From an uncultured archaeon (GTDB lineage: Archaea; Asgardarchaeota; Lokiarchaeia; Sigyniarchaeales; SOKP01): DNA of 64,000 nt. The position numbers and the translations under genes are program-made. Positions 52,601 through 61,544 of this stretch are shown in pieces; within the stretch, counting starts at the first letter, position 1; each line of letters begins with the position of its first letter. The notes beneath the pieces are model-generated. The model saw only the letters and a program-made list of their open reading frames with translations. It was not told where the DNA came from and searched no databases. The stretch spans positions 64,001-128,000 of the forward strand of contig CAZALK010000008.1 of assembly GCA_964486045.1 (NCBI GenBank), given 5' to 3'.

Positions 52601-55600
52601 TCTATTTCGTTATTTTGTCAGTAGTTCAAAATTATATTTTCTCTGTGAATATAAGTCTAATGGTAGTAGGATTCAGCTTATTTTCATCAAAATCCATAAA
52701 ATTATCACACAGAATAATTGATTTATGCCTTTCTTGGATTTTAATATTCAATTTCGCGTGGTTAACATTTAATACATTTAGTTTAGTTCCGCAATTGGTA
52801 TTATTTGCCTTCTTTTTAGCATTGACCGTTTTGGGATGTTCCTTTTTTATCTTTAATAAATATAAATTAAAATTTCATCTAAATCGCGCAATTCCATTGT
52901 TCATTGTTGCAATTGGAGCATCATCCTCTATAACATCATTGTTTTCTGTTTTCTTGGGTGCTTCACCTTATATTTTAATTAGCATATTTTCAGGGGTTTT
53001 TGTAATTTTTCTCTATTTTATAATTATTGAATACAGATATTTCCTTTGGTCTTTAATTCCTATTCCGTTGGCATTACCGGTCTTTGAATTGTTTTTATCA
53101 ATTGAAGCAATTCTCTCCTTGTGGTTTTTAGCTTTTTTGACCTTTTCAATAATTTATATCACCTTTTTTCAAGTAATATTTAATCTTTTTAAGAATTATG
53201 AAAGGGATGATACAAAAGAAATGAAGTATGAAGGGGACGATAAAATAGAAATGAAGAACAGTATGAAGAAGATTTTTCAAGATAAAAATCAAATTAAGCT
53301 AGTAAATTTCACATGTTTTATTCTCAATTCCCTATTTATCTCATTATTCATCTCAATTCTGGTCCCAGTTCTGCAAAATCAATTTTTATTCAATCAAATT
53401 ATTTTTGTCTATCAAATTATGGATTTTCTAATAATCTGGCCGATCTTTATATTATTTAGTTTAAAATATATCGAAAAATCAGAAATTAAAATAAAATTAA
53501 GAGATCCGCTCCTTTACTTCAATAAGATTTGTCGTGGCATATACTTACTAATTCCTACAGCTATGATTATTAACCTACTACTTTTTATGATTTATGCACA
53601 CATTGATACCATTATAATTTTCTACTCAATCGCTCTAATTTTTAGTGGTGTTATATTTTTTGAGTCATATGTTATCGACAGAAGATTTTTCTATTATTTA
53701 CTAAATTCCACGAGGGATAAGTTTAGCTTTTGGTCTTTAAGTGCGTTTATTAATTTATTAGCTTTTTTCTTCTTTATGTACCATCAAAACATATTCTTAC
53801 TAATAGTAACAATATCGCTTTTAAATCAGCTATGTTTCAATTTCCTCTCCCACCTAGACGTTTCAAAAGAAAAGATCTCCAATGGGCGAGTAATCCTATA
53901 TTATATTCTCTTCATTTCGGGATCATTCTATTTAGGTTCATTGATATCTAATGGAATTATGATAATCTTCGGAGTGTTGAGTGATTTGACATATTACCTA
54001 CTTATATTTCAAAATTCTTTTCTAATTTTATTTATTTTGAGTTACTTTCTCATAAAAGAAGATGTAAAGTTAAAAAGAGCAATTGAGATGATTCTTTTAA
54101 TGGTGTTTCAAGGATTATTGGCCATCAATTTCATGACTATCTTCAACTTATTCAACATTTTAAATATTTTCTCAACAATTTTAATTATTTTAATAGAAAC
54201 ATGCCTTAGTTTTCAAACTATTAAATATATTAATTCTCTCTTCTATAAAGGAAGGAAACCAGAATTCTTGACAAGAGCTTTTTCATTACTAATAATCCTA
54301 TTGTATTTTGAAACGAGTCTATTGTTTTATGGGTTGATAATTATTTTTACAGGAATTTTTGAAAGTATTTTGGTTTCTCAGTTGATATTTTTTGGATTAA
54401 CATTATTAGATATTTATTCACTTAAGAAAATAAAGAGGGGCTATGCACAATTAATCCATACATTTAGTTTCTTTGTGATTTCATTAATGGTTTTAATAAT
54501 TTTAAATACTTCAGCTGCAATTTTCCAAATATTACTGAGTTTGGAGGTGCTGTTGTTTATGTTAATGCAGTTTTATACCAATTATTCTTTTTTTGTTTCA
54601 TGGCATCAATTATACCCAAATAAAAAAGAGTTAATTGATAAAAGGAGATCAGAGATAACACGAGTTTTAGGAATTATTTTCTATACTAATTTATTTATCC
54701 TTTTACTCCAAGGATTATTAATATTCAGTCTCGATCTGCAATTAATTTTTTTACTTTTAAGTCTACTGGTTCACATCTTGATGATTATTGATACCTATGT
54801 TTTGAAATTTATAGGAAAAGTTTCTAATTACCTCAAGGTATTTTCTTGGGTTTTCATAATGACTTTTACAACAATTTATCTTATTTGGATTTATCTTCTA
54901 TATTTCTTTTCCTATTTAGCTACTTCTATACCTCTCCTCATTTTTATCTTACTATTTGAAACAGCTTACCTCTTTAAACTGTTAGATTTTTCAAAATATG
55001 TAATTTCAAATAAGAAGAAGATTAAAAAAATTCTCCTCTATATTTTATACTTAGATTTTATAACTTGGCCGGTATATAATGCAACATTAAATCCATTCTA
55101 TTCATTAAATCTGATGCTTGCTTCAGTAGGAATCTTGTTTATTTTAACTTATGTTGATAAATATTTAATTGGTGTATTTAATGAGAAACAGCAGGTAAAA
55201 CTTCGAAAAATTTCGTTTTTAACAATTGGAATCTTATTATCCTTTGATATATTCATCTCCTTAGGATTTATTCTGTCTCTCAATTTGTTCTTCACGTTAA
55301 GTGTAGCATTATTTACATTTGTAATTTTCTTAGGGATAATAATAAAACCATTTAAAGAACATTCCTCTATTGCCTTAGCTTTTTGGGCAGCTATTTTTTC
55401 TTTGTTAAGCTTGATAATATTCTTTTCCTCAAACTTGTTGGGAATCAGTGTAGCTATTTTTGTTATTACGGTTATTATTTACCCCTTTGTGTTTCTGTTG
55501 GAAGAATTACGTGAGCTCTTCAACAATTTTGTTGATGTCCTTATTAAAACCTTTAAAAAAATCAATCGACTAATAATAAATTTTCTAAAAACAGTTTTCA

Positions 55601-56088
55601 ACTTTGTAAAAATCCATTTCAAAGTAATTTGGACAATAATTAGTGCTTTTCTGGGGATATTTTTTGGTGTTCTTATATCCGATATTTCATCAATCTTCCC
55701 ATTTCTGTTTTCACTAGGTTACCTGAATCCAGTTCATTCTGTTTTACTAGCATTGGCAATTTTTGGTTTGCTTTATTTAATTATCCCGTACGCTCAAACG
55801 GATGATCCAGATATAATCTTCAAAAGAAGGATATTACGCTTATCCATCGGTTGGGGAAGTGTAATAGGGTTGTTGTTTATTGTAGTTACACCAGTTTGGT
55901 ATATTTTTACAGTTTTAATATCAATTGCAGTCGTAGGTTCCATAATATTAGTTTATATTGGTAGAAAGGAAGAGAGAGAGAAAATTTCAGTGAAATGGAG
56001 ATTTTACACACTCCTTTCTCTTTTCATATTATTAATACTTTTTTTGGTTTTATTCGTTTATCAACAACTCTCTATTAATCCTATCTAG
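46621..56088 (+). CDS. 3155-aa giant polytopic membrane protein of unknown function
   Basis: Uninterrupted 9.5-kb ORF of successive hydrophobic helices with short Lys-rich loops; internal tandem duplication. Confidence 0.88.
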   Translation: MKSKNSDKSEESFKKATEFLQKIWWFSFLVVIAPLATGLTGYLIFRFFQQNFYIELSFTVITYMFALLFFYKAFDKYRKNPFFLNKENNLVARIHIVYLISILALIVTPIFVYISPADSFLLLPVISFVPLYNIVYYYYRFQPIGFFNKAEGEFKHATNFLILVKQPYNLIIFVNYIAQIIFLSLTFFTEFSWLFALLNNLAFYLITFTVTRKISREINKSIKENKPFLQDLTKYKQRFVISITSLIFILLIQMPFVIMGLSGVQYTGLELMTGSFLSIIFVLIYVKTLFYINYYYNSLLSIYKDPTKSDDSEEEIPTQGIKYQKYNTFLSGVLIGSITFFCFLIRVHWILLIVLPFFFIFAYYEQKAKMYPKQYSKYIYLLNSISILIAISFGLFSNIFFLNIQLIIFLISLYFTLQILVRNKYFIKENIVIIQNFLAIASFTIITYSIFGYTSFENLIVFELAIFPSNPVVTFISNILLHGILISIISLVSFYFLFVRVFSIKRSKLFRFSVFGHVFLIELFIFILVNLRGFSLFEGIIALKLLLLSSLLFPSIFILFIFANYLLGLLSRKHFSQLIYYFLWVLIADIFLVIIFVFFNNTVLPVMLTLDFLFLSIFCQFNLKFGLNLGKVKDSTFERYVKINPYILTLELFALFFFSFYSVILIDLAWFDKIIFSSYFSLLVMTFLINILSRRNRVFSASIAFKINLIFLMFSAGLAFYYSFYYTLSTFYVFVTPFLSLFSILFFPIYYMYRKKIHLPLEKKYQEEEKGEEDQREGDGEEKVEKEEEREEEKEENVMRKFLIADCIILAIFITLIPSIISLEIYRLGLSVNILPTISFTILILPSILIFFVFVNHLLGVFSRKQFLLINHNVLWFLITNIFVAIFLTFLSNFVILALDFLFFSIFIQLNLKFGLKLGRVKETIFKRFSNLNSYVMAVELFILFFFFFYFLILINLAFYDNLILSIYLSLLVITILGNLFSKKELIFSNSMSIKINITTLIFSAGTAFYYSFLFTFSTFYVFLIPFLCLFSILFFPFYYLIKMKRYENLTRKILVIDCILIAIFLTFIPSILGLDLYFRLGELVDVISFLNFTFYIAISLLIFIYYLVEHYGMKDKYQLGVLKSQVIIEICLTGTTAFYYIFMLLSGTMYGFLIPFIAASCFFYLPILFSYKKRLFNVNLVKNTIFVNSLLLSGLIVLIPTFVGLEISSLGLGARIDFFMVTVLTLILLFVILKFLDFVCIKFKILEKIIKHLKLLEILAWFSFSLFTALWIFPYLLTELSFSLTIFTFFMLNIYTLRLLSDYSKELKISNYLLESILYGIVFSFSYLLVSLIQITFILNFLPSGLTSLNIVWYLGLFFLFSLIFIRLKLIKPRFESLRNWVELISWFSFKIFVSLFISVVLPLSILTQIIIFILIFSILSPVTLIYFKKLKIISEVAQFFTKKILLALFIISSLSLYLDLFNNFTRPILSFNISNFIPLTVIIANLFLFVYFCLLRYNSVIENYSITQLTRFYLSSFLLLISLFFMYFPLPIFSFFTLILIISRRSIINIFRFLAYLILGYILFIAITAFPFGGFIYVNSFDLNLLGYYSQIYLSALSIVLLFSIWLNIKKNNILEKFTLYSTFSLLSFVVLFSYSLIPLIYNITISLFIFLFFMGIYFYRLKNVLYKWFIKPCVLLAVFDLMSFISYFLLFNQPPYNQLPYVGLNQILTFTLTIGITGFVFLFLFNKAPANFRKKSFYFVLFAIILCIPTFLYFLIVSSFSIPFEDPVPIIFSINVGVFLFYLCVGIYQGRVSWAIWKSGWYVWNILPFVNFIIIYKSLSGVDVIKDSISLFGSNGFTGSSILSIIICSLFFLPVIYAKIKKHFLKIIFIVWGESLFLLYWISQNLFLSDFLLRNLLFVLFTVLLLMPILIGLKYWKIVSIFWITLIVINALFLLFYLVSIGISLEVTISIDILVIGLLLIIYSFFPNVRSIGIILIISYFIVLTGIFITVYFVILSVVQNYIFSVNISLMVVGFSLFSSKSIKLSHRIIDLCLSWILIFNFAWLTFNTFSLVPQLVLFAFFLALTVLGCSFFIFNKYKLKFHLNRAIPLFIVAIGASSSITSLFSVFLGASPYILISIFSGVFVIFLYFIIIEYRYFLWSLIPIPLALPVFELFLSIEAILSLWFLAFLTFSIIYITFFQVIFNLFKNYERDDTKEMKYEGDDKIEMKNSMKKIFQDKNQIKLVNFTCFILNSLFISLFISILVPVLQNQFLFNQIIFVYQIMDFLIIWPIFILFSLKYIEKSEIKIKLRDPLLYFNKICRGIYLLIPTAMIINLLLFMIYAHIDTIIIFYSIALIFSGVIFFESYVIDRRFFYYLLNSTRDKFSFWSLSAFINLLAFFFFMYHQNIFLLIVTISLLNQLCFNFLSHLDVSKEKISNGRVILYYILFISGSFYLGSLISNGIMIIFGVLSDLTYYLLIFQNSFLILFILSYFLIKEDVKLKRAIEMILLMVFQGLLAINFMTIFNLFNILNIFSTILIILIETCLSFQTIKYINSLFYKGRKPEFLTRAFSLLIILLYFETSLLFYGLIIIFTGIFESILVSQLIFFGLTLLDIYSLKKIKRGYAQLIHTFSFFVISLMVLIILNTSAAIFQILLSLEVLLFMLMQFYTNYSFFVSWHQLYPNKKELIDKRRSEITRVLGIIFYTNLFILLLQGLLIFSLDLQLIFLLLSLLVHILMIIDTYVLKFIGKVSNYLKVFSWVFIMTFTTIYLIWIYLLYFFSYLATSIPLLIFILLFETAYLFKLLDFSKYVISNKKKIKKILLYILYLDFITWPVYNATLNPFYSLNLMLASVGILFILTYVDKYLIGVFNEKQQVKLRKISFLTIGILLSFDIFISLGFILSLNLFFTLSVALFTFVIFLGIIIKPFKEHSSIALAFWAAIFSLLSLIIFFSSNLLGISVAIFVITVIIYPFVFLLEELRELFNNFVDVLIKTFKKINRLIINFLKTVFNFVKIHFKVIWTIISAFLGIFFGVLISDISSIFPFLFSLGYLNPVHSVLLALAIFGLLYLIIPYAQTDDPDIIFKRRILRLSIGWGSVIGLLFIVVTPVWYIFTVLISIAVVGSIILVYIGRKEEREKISVKWRFYTLLSLFILLILFLVLFVYQQLSINPI
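48270..49866 (+). repeat. internal tandem duplication of a ~240-250-aa multi-TM unit in the giant protein
   Basis: PSI..LLG..SRK..LW..LDFLF.SIF.Q.NLKFGL.LG.VK..ELF..KIN..FSAG.AFYYSF..STFYVF..PFL.LFSILFFP.YY..RK.L..DCI..AIF.T.IPSI occurs twice. Confidence 0.88.
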
Positions 56089-56339
56089 GGATCATCCTGA
56101 AAGAAGAAGTGATTCATTTTCTTAATTTTGATATCTAAATCTTAGTTTTAGAGATCTCAACTTAAATTTAAATTTTTCTCACTGGTTTTTTTAGCTTGAA
56201 GCTTTTTTAGAATTTTTTTTCTTTCTTAGAAATATTCTTATTTAGTTGGAGAAAAATTATAAAATTTATATATGTGTTAAAATGAACTATTATAGACTAT
56301 CTAAAAAAAAAAAATATAATATAAAAAGTGATCACAAAT

Positions 56340-57743
56340 ATGGAATCTTTAACAAAAAGAATTCTAGCTATTGTTATTGTTGCTGTCGTTGTTACAGGTG
56401 TTGGACTCGGAGCATGGTTTTTTCTATTAGCTCCTGGTGCTAGTTATTACGAATGGAGTCTTTCTGATACTCCTGGCGCACCATCTAATGTTAACGCAAG
56501 TCAAATAATTAGAGTAGGTGTAATCGGAGATACAGAACGAATACAAGGTCAGGGATCAAAGAACGGAGCATGGCTTGCAGCATACGAAATAAATTCTGCA
56601 GGTGGAGTCACGGTTGGTGGTGAAGTATACTATATCGGAATATCAAGTGAAAATTCAGATGAAGCTAATCCTGTATTAGATACAGCTGTTGCAGTCTCTG
56701 CAGCAAAGAAACTTATTAATTTCAAAAGAGTTCAATTCGCAACAGGTGGATTTAGAACAGAAGCAGGATTGGCATATCAAGATCTGTGGATGGAAAAGAA
56801 AATTATTTTCTTTAATACAGGAGCTGCTACTGCTGGTCTAACTCAAAAAGTTCTGGATAATTATGCTACCTATAAATACTTTTTCCAACCTAGTCCTTTG
56901 AACACAACTGCTTTAGCAATAGAATTAATAACCTTAGTAATCTCTACAGCGTCGTACCAATCTACAGTTACAGGTCATAATATTTCAAGATTTTCGTTTT
57001 TGAGAGAAGATTATGATTGGACTGCTGGTTTTGCAGGCCTCATGATACCTGCTTTAGAAGCTTATAACTTAACCTTTACCGGTTCAAGCATTGCGTTTGC
57101 TCCAGATGCCACAGCGTTACAATTGGAGGCACATTGGAATACTATCAATAGTTCCAAAACCCAAATAGTAATTCCTCTAATTTCTGGCCCAATAGGATTA
57201 ACATATATGAATTCGTATGCTTCAATTCAGCCACAATGTATCCCAATTGGCATTAACGTTGTAGCACAAGACGGTGACTTCTATACTGACTCGAATGGAG
57301 ATGCTGCTTACGGTGTTACTCTTGAATCAGTATTCGAAACAAACAAGACATCATTAACTCTTGGTTTTTGGAATAACTACCTTACTAATTTTTCCACATC
57401 GCCAATATATACTGCGACTGGTTCTTATGATGCGATATACCAATTAGCATGGGCACTTGAAGGAGCTGATTCATTCGATTCTGATGATCTTGTCACACAA
57501 TTAGAGACATTAAAAATGGGAGCTGGTCTTGAAGGGGCTGGTGGAATCGGCGCTTATGACCAGAGTCATAGTCCTCATTATGGTTGGCCATATGGAATCG
57601 GTCTTGCCGTTCAATGGCAAGATGACGGAACTAAGAGATTAGTTCCAGCACCAGGTATTTATCCTAGTGGAGTTTATGAACCAGCACTTCAAAATATGGA
57701 TCCCCTCCAATTACCAGCTTGGGGTCTATATTATTTCGATTAA
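56340..57743 (+). CDS. livK: branched-chain amino acid-type ABC substrate-binding protein, N-terminally anchored
   Basis: N-terminal TM, AAYEINSAGGV, GGFRTE, YDAIY; first gene of the liv cluster. Confidence 0.85.
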   Translation: MESLTKRILAIVIVAVVVTGVGLGAWFFLLAPGASYYEWSLSDTPGAPSNVNASQIIRVGVIGDTERIQGQGSKNGAWLAAYEINSAGGVTVGGEVYYIGISSENSDEANPVLDTAVAVSAAKKLINFKRVQFATGGFRTEAGLAYQDLWMEKKIIFFNTGAATAGLTQKVLDNYATYKYFFQPSPLNTTALAIELITLVISTASYQSTVTGHNISRFSFLREDYDWTAGFAGLMIPALEAYNLTFTGSSIAFAPDATALQLEAHWNTINSSKTQIVIPLISGPIGLTYMNSYASIQPQCIPIGINVVAQDGDFYTDSNGDAAYGVTLESVFETNKTSLTLGFWNNYLTNFSTSPIYTATGSYDAIYQLAWALEGADSFDSDDLVTQLETLKMGAGLEGAGGIGAYDQSHSPHYGWPYGIGLAVQWQDDGTKRLVPAPGIYPSGVYEPALQNMDPLQLPAWGLYYFD

Positions 57744-57783
57744 ACGACAATCTAAGAAAAATCTAAAATAATAATAAATTTCC

Positions 57784-57807
57784 TTTTTTTTTGTTTTTTT
57801 TTTTTTT
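57784..57807 (+). terminator. oligo-T archaeal terminator after livK
   Basis: T9-G-T14 run about 40 bp after the stop codon. Confidence 0.55.
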
Positions 57808-58076
57808 ACATCCTATTATGTAATGTATATCCGTTGTAGTGTTTGCTTGATTAACCCGCGAGCATTTAAAATTCAGCTCTTTAATAATATACTAATTTGT
57901 AGTATTACATCTTAATATCTTTAAACTTGCGAATTAAAAAATAAGAATAATAAGCTTTTTATAGAATAAAAGCAAAATATCAATAAAATTATGATATTTA
58001 TTATGACAGTTCTTCAGATAAATTGATGTAACCTAAAAAAAAATTGAATATTTGATCTAAGGAGAGGGGATTTCGT

Positions 58077-58946
58077 TTGGTTGTTATAGAAATAATAATT
58101 TTTGGCACTGTACAAGGAGTTATTTTTGCCTTACTTGCTTTAGGTTACTCTTTAGTTTATGGTGTCGGTGGTATTTTGAATTTGGGCCATGGTGCCTATT
58201 ACTTAATCGCATCATATACATTCTATTTGACTTGGATAATAGTTGGTGGAACAGTTGGGTTTTTTTTAGGGATAATTTATTCCTTGATTGTCGCCATGCT
58301 AGTAGGTGTAGCTTCTTACCTTTTTATAATTAAACCCTTGCAAGAAATGCCAATAAGCATCTTGATTGGTACCTTTTCAGTAGGTTTTTTTATTGAACAA
58401 TTAGTGATGGTTATGGTTGATCGTAAACTCCATTCAATTCCCCCACTATTTGATTTTAGTATAAATATACTAGGCATTAATCTGCAAATACAGTATCTTT
58501 TTATTCTTTTTTTCTCAGCATTAATAATAATTACAGTAATAATTTTTATTAATAAATCCAAACTTGGGAAATCTATTCGAGCAGTTTCTCAAGATCGTGA
58601 GGCTGCTATGCTCATGGGTATAAATGCGGATAGAGTTCTTATGTATACAGTTATGATATCCGCACTTCTGGCTGGAATGGCTGCTGTTTTATTTACCCCT
58701 GTTGACGTCGTAGCTCCTTATAAAGGCTGGCCTATATTAACTAGTGCAATTGCGGTAGTAACTCTTGGTGGGATGGGAAGTCTCTCTGGAAGTGTGGTTG
58801 GAGCCTTTATTTTGGGGTATGCAAGACTTGCTACCGATTACCTTATCAACCCGGTTTATTCCTCTTTAATCCCAGTAGTAATTATTATTTTAATACTTGT
58901 AATTAGACCACGTGGTCTCTTCGGTAAAAAAGAAATGAATAAGTGA
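58077..58946 (+). CDS. livH: branched-chain amino acid ABC permease
   Basis: ALLALGYSLVYG..LNLGHG, GKSIRAVSQDREAAMLMGIN, LGGMGS, RPRGLFG. Confidence 0.92.
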   Translation: MVVIEIIIFGTVQGVIFALLALGYSLVYGVGGILNLGHGAYYLIASYTFYLTWIIVGGTVGFFLGIIYSLIVAMLVGVASYLFIIKPLQEMPISILIGTFSVGFFIEQLVMVMVDRKLHSIPPLFDFSINILGINLQIQYLFILFFSALIIITVIIFINKSKLGKSIRAVSQDREAAMLMGINADRVLMYTVMISALLAGMAAVLFTPVDVVAPYKGWPILTSAIAVVTLGGMGSLSGSVVGAFILGYARLATDYLINPVYSSLIPVVIIILILVIRPRGLFGKKEMNK

Positions 58947-58989
58947 TATAAATGAGAATTACATCATAGAATTTTAAATAATTTTAAAT

Positions 58990-60057
58990 GTGAAAACAGT
59001 GGCACTAAAGATACGTGAAAAATTTATCGGTGTTCCGAGTTATTTGAAGGATTGGGCATTAACTTTCAAAGGTGGGGTAACTATTTTCTGTTTGTTCGTA
59101 CTCTTTTGTATCCCACTTCTTACTCAGCAGGTTTACTACTTAGGGATTATAAGTCTAGCGATGATTTATTCAATTTTTGCTGCTTCCTGGGATTTCTTAG
59201 CAGGATATACAGGTCAGGTTAGCTTTGGACATTCTATTTTCTTTGGGTTATCAGGTTATATAACTAGCGCTATTCTTGTTGAGGTTTTCGTAACACCAAT
59301 TGGTCAAAGCACCAATTGGTGGTGGTTAGCTCTAATTCTTGGAGTCCTTGTCGCGGTGGGTGTTGGTTTCATAGTAGGAATTATATGTTTAAGATTGAAA
59401 GGCCCCTACTTAGCTTTAGGTACCTTGACAATTGCTTTACTATTGATGAATTTATTTAGAATTGGCACACTAAAAGATATTTTATGGGGGGATGAAGGGA
59501 TTTCAGGTGTCCCAGCGTTACACACCAACTCAAATGTAGTTTTTTATGTCACATTGATTTTTATGATTATTTCTCTAACAGCAATGATCCATATCAGTAA
59601 GTCAAACATGGGCACTATTTTTAAATCTATTCGCGATGATGAAAAAGGATCAGAATCTTCAGGTATTAACACAACAAAATATAAAGTTATTGCGTTTGTG
59701 ATTAGTAGCCTTTTTGCTGGACTTGCTGGTGGTCTTTTTGTTATGTATAATAGAAGTGTAAATCCTTTAATTTTTCAACCTTATTATTCATTTATTGTGT
59801 TAATTATGGCGGCCTTAGGGGGAATTGCTACAGTCTCTGGATCAGCCTTAGGTGCTTTCACCTTTATTTTATTAAACGAGATTCTTAGAGATTTACAAGA
59901 AATAGATTCATCAAACCCATTCTTAGCGGCTTTTACTACTCCAGCATTTGTTTTTTCTATCCTGTTAATACTTATAATTCGATTTGCATCAGAGGGAATT
60001 TTAAAAGCTGCTTTAGAAAAATTAAAAGATTTTTGGGATGTTCTACTTGGAAGATAA
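58990..60057 (+). CDS. livM: branched-chain amino acid ABC permease
   Basis: GYTGQVSFGH, LRLKGPYLALGT, SIRDDE, AGLAGGL. Confidence 0.92.
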   Translation: MKTVALKIREKFIGVPSYLKDWALTFKGGVTIFCLFVLFCIPLLTQQVYYLGIISLAMIYSIFAASWDFLAGYTGQVSFGHSIFFGLSGYITSAILVEVFVTPIGQSTNWWWLALILGVLVAVGVGFIVGIICLRLKGPYLALGTLTIALLLMNLFRIGTLKDILWGDEGISGVPALHTNSNVVFYVTLIFMIISLTAMIHISKSNMGTIFKSIRDDEKGSESSGINTTKYKVIAFVISSLFAGLAGGLFVMYNRSVNPLIFQPYYSFIVLIMAALGGIATVSGSALGAFTFILLNEILRDLQEIDSSNPFLAAFTTPAFVFSILLILIIRFASEGILKAALEKLKDFWDVLLGR

Positions 60058-60098
60058 TAGATATTGAAAAAATTGAAACTATAGCGGAATGTAAGAAT

Positions 60099-60839
60099 AT
60101 GGGAGTAATTTTAGAAGTTAAAAATTTAACGAAAAAGTTTGGAGGATTAACAGCGGTTAACGATTTCAGTTTTGAAATCAGGAGAGGAGAATTTGTTGGT
60201 TTAATTGGACCAAATGGTGCAGGTAAAACAACTTTATTTAATCTAATATCGGGATTCGATAAACCTAGCTCAGGATCAATCCGGTTTGATGGTGTTGATA
60301 TCACTGGTTTAAAACCCTTCAAAATTGTAAATTTGGGACTTGCGCGAACATTCCAACTAGTTAAATCATTTAAATTTCTCAGCCTTCTCGATAATATAGC
60401 AGTTTCGTGCCTTTCAGATAGAGGGAGAATTGTTTCAAAAAAAGTTGGAATTGATGAATATGCAAGCTCAATTCTCACATCAGTTGGTCTTGTGGATAAA
60501 GCTAGAGTACCACCTGTAATTTTACCTCACGGTGATTTGAGAAGATTACAGATTGGCAAGGCTATTGCTACAAACCCAGAACTACTTCTACTTGATGAGC
60601 CATTTAGTGGTCTTTCATTCGAAGCGAAATTATGGATAACTGATCTAATTAAAAAATTAAATGAGATGGGTGTTACAATTTTTATAACTGGTCATGTTTT
60701 GCGAGAACTTATGTCATTGGTACCCAGGGTGATTGCCATGCATCAAGGAAAATTTATTGCTGATGATTCTCCTCAAAAAATTGTTAAAAATAAAATTGTG
60801 CTTGAAGCATATTTAGGAGGAAGTACAGAATTTGCTTGA
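60099..60839 (+). CDS. livG: branched-chain amino acid ABC ATPase
   Basis: FGGLTAV, GPNGAGKTT, GLARTFQ, LLLDEP, AYLG; start moved to ATG 60099. Confidence 0.92.
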   Translation: MGVILEVKNLTKKFGGLTAVNDFSFEIRRGEFVGLIGPNGAGKTTLFNLISGFDKPSSGSIRFDGVDITGLKPFKIVNLGLARTFQLVKSFKFLSLLDNIAVSCLSDRGRIVSKKVGIDEYASSILTSVGLVDKARVPPVILPHGDLRRLQIGKAIATNPELLLLDEPFSGLSFEAKLWITDLIKKLNEMGVTIFITGHVLRELMSLVPRVIAMHQGKFIADDSPQKIVKNKIVLEAYLGGSTEFA

Positions 60840-61536
60840 ATTAAAAAAAGTGTATCATTATTATGGGAAGGCAAAGATCCTAGAAGAACTAAATCTAAAA
60901 CTTGAAGAAGGAAATCTAGATTCTGTTATCGGCCCAAATGGAGCGGGTAAATCAACAATTCTCAGAGTAATTTCTGGTTTAGAAGAAATTGAAAGAGGAA
61001 AAGTAGTATTTTTAGGAAAGAGAATTGACGATTTTAAAGCTCATAAAATTGCAAGAATGGGAATTTCTCAATGCCCAGAGCGTCGTAGATTATTTTATGA
61101 TATGAGTGTTGCGGATAACCTCAAAATGGGAACTTATTTAAGTAAAAATAAAAAAAGATCGAAGGAATTAAAAAAGTTTATTTTTGAAATATTTCCACGC
61201 CTTAAAGAACGATTGAAACAACGAGCTGGAACTTTAAGTGGTGGAGAACAACAAATGCTTGCCATAGCACGAGCACTTTTATCTAATCCTAAAGTACTTT
61301 TAATGGATGAACCCTCTATAGGTTTAGCTCCAAAGATTAAGAAAAATATATTTAATGCCATTGTTAAAATAAAAAAGGAGGGTAAAACCATATTGCTGGT
61401 TGAACAGGATGCAGTATTAGCTTTGGCCATTTCAGATACAGTCCATGTTCTTGAGGAGGGTAAAATTGAAATGAGAGGATCAAAAGAAGAATTAGAGAGA
61501 GAACCTCGAATAAGAGAAATATATCTTGGAATTTAA
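60832..61536 (+). CDS. livF: branched-chain amino acid ABC ATPase
   Basis: GPNGAGKST, FPRLKER..AGTLSGGEQQMLAIARAL, DEPSIGLAP. Confidence 0.93.
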   Translation: MLELKKVYHYYGKAKILEELNLKLEEGNLDSVIGPNGAGKSTILRVISGLEEIERGKVVFLGKRIDDFKAHKIARMGISQCPERRRLFYDMSVADNLKMGTYLSKNKKRSKELKKFIFEIFPRLKERLKQRAGTLSGGEQQMLAIARALLSNPKVLLMDEPSIGLAPKIKKNIFNAIVKIKKEGKTILLVEQDAVLALAISDTVHVLEEGKIEMRGSKEELEREPRIREIYLGI

Positions 61537-61544
61537 GGTGATTA

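Noticed and set aside
46621-56088. Calling the giant membrane protein a Piezo homologue
   Set aside because: No large extracellular cap or recognisable pore-module motif; the similarity is only size and repeated TM units.
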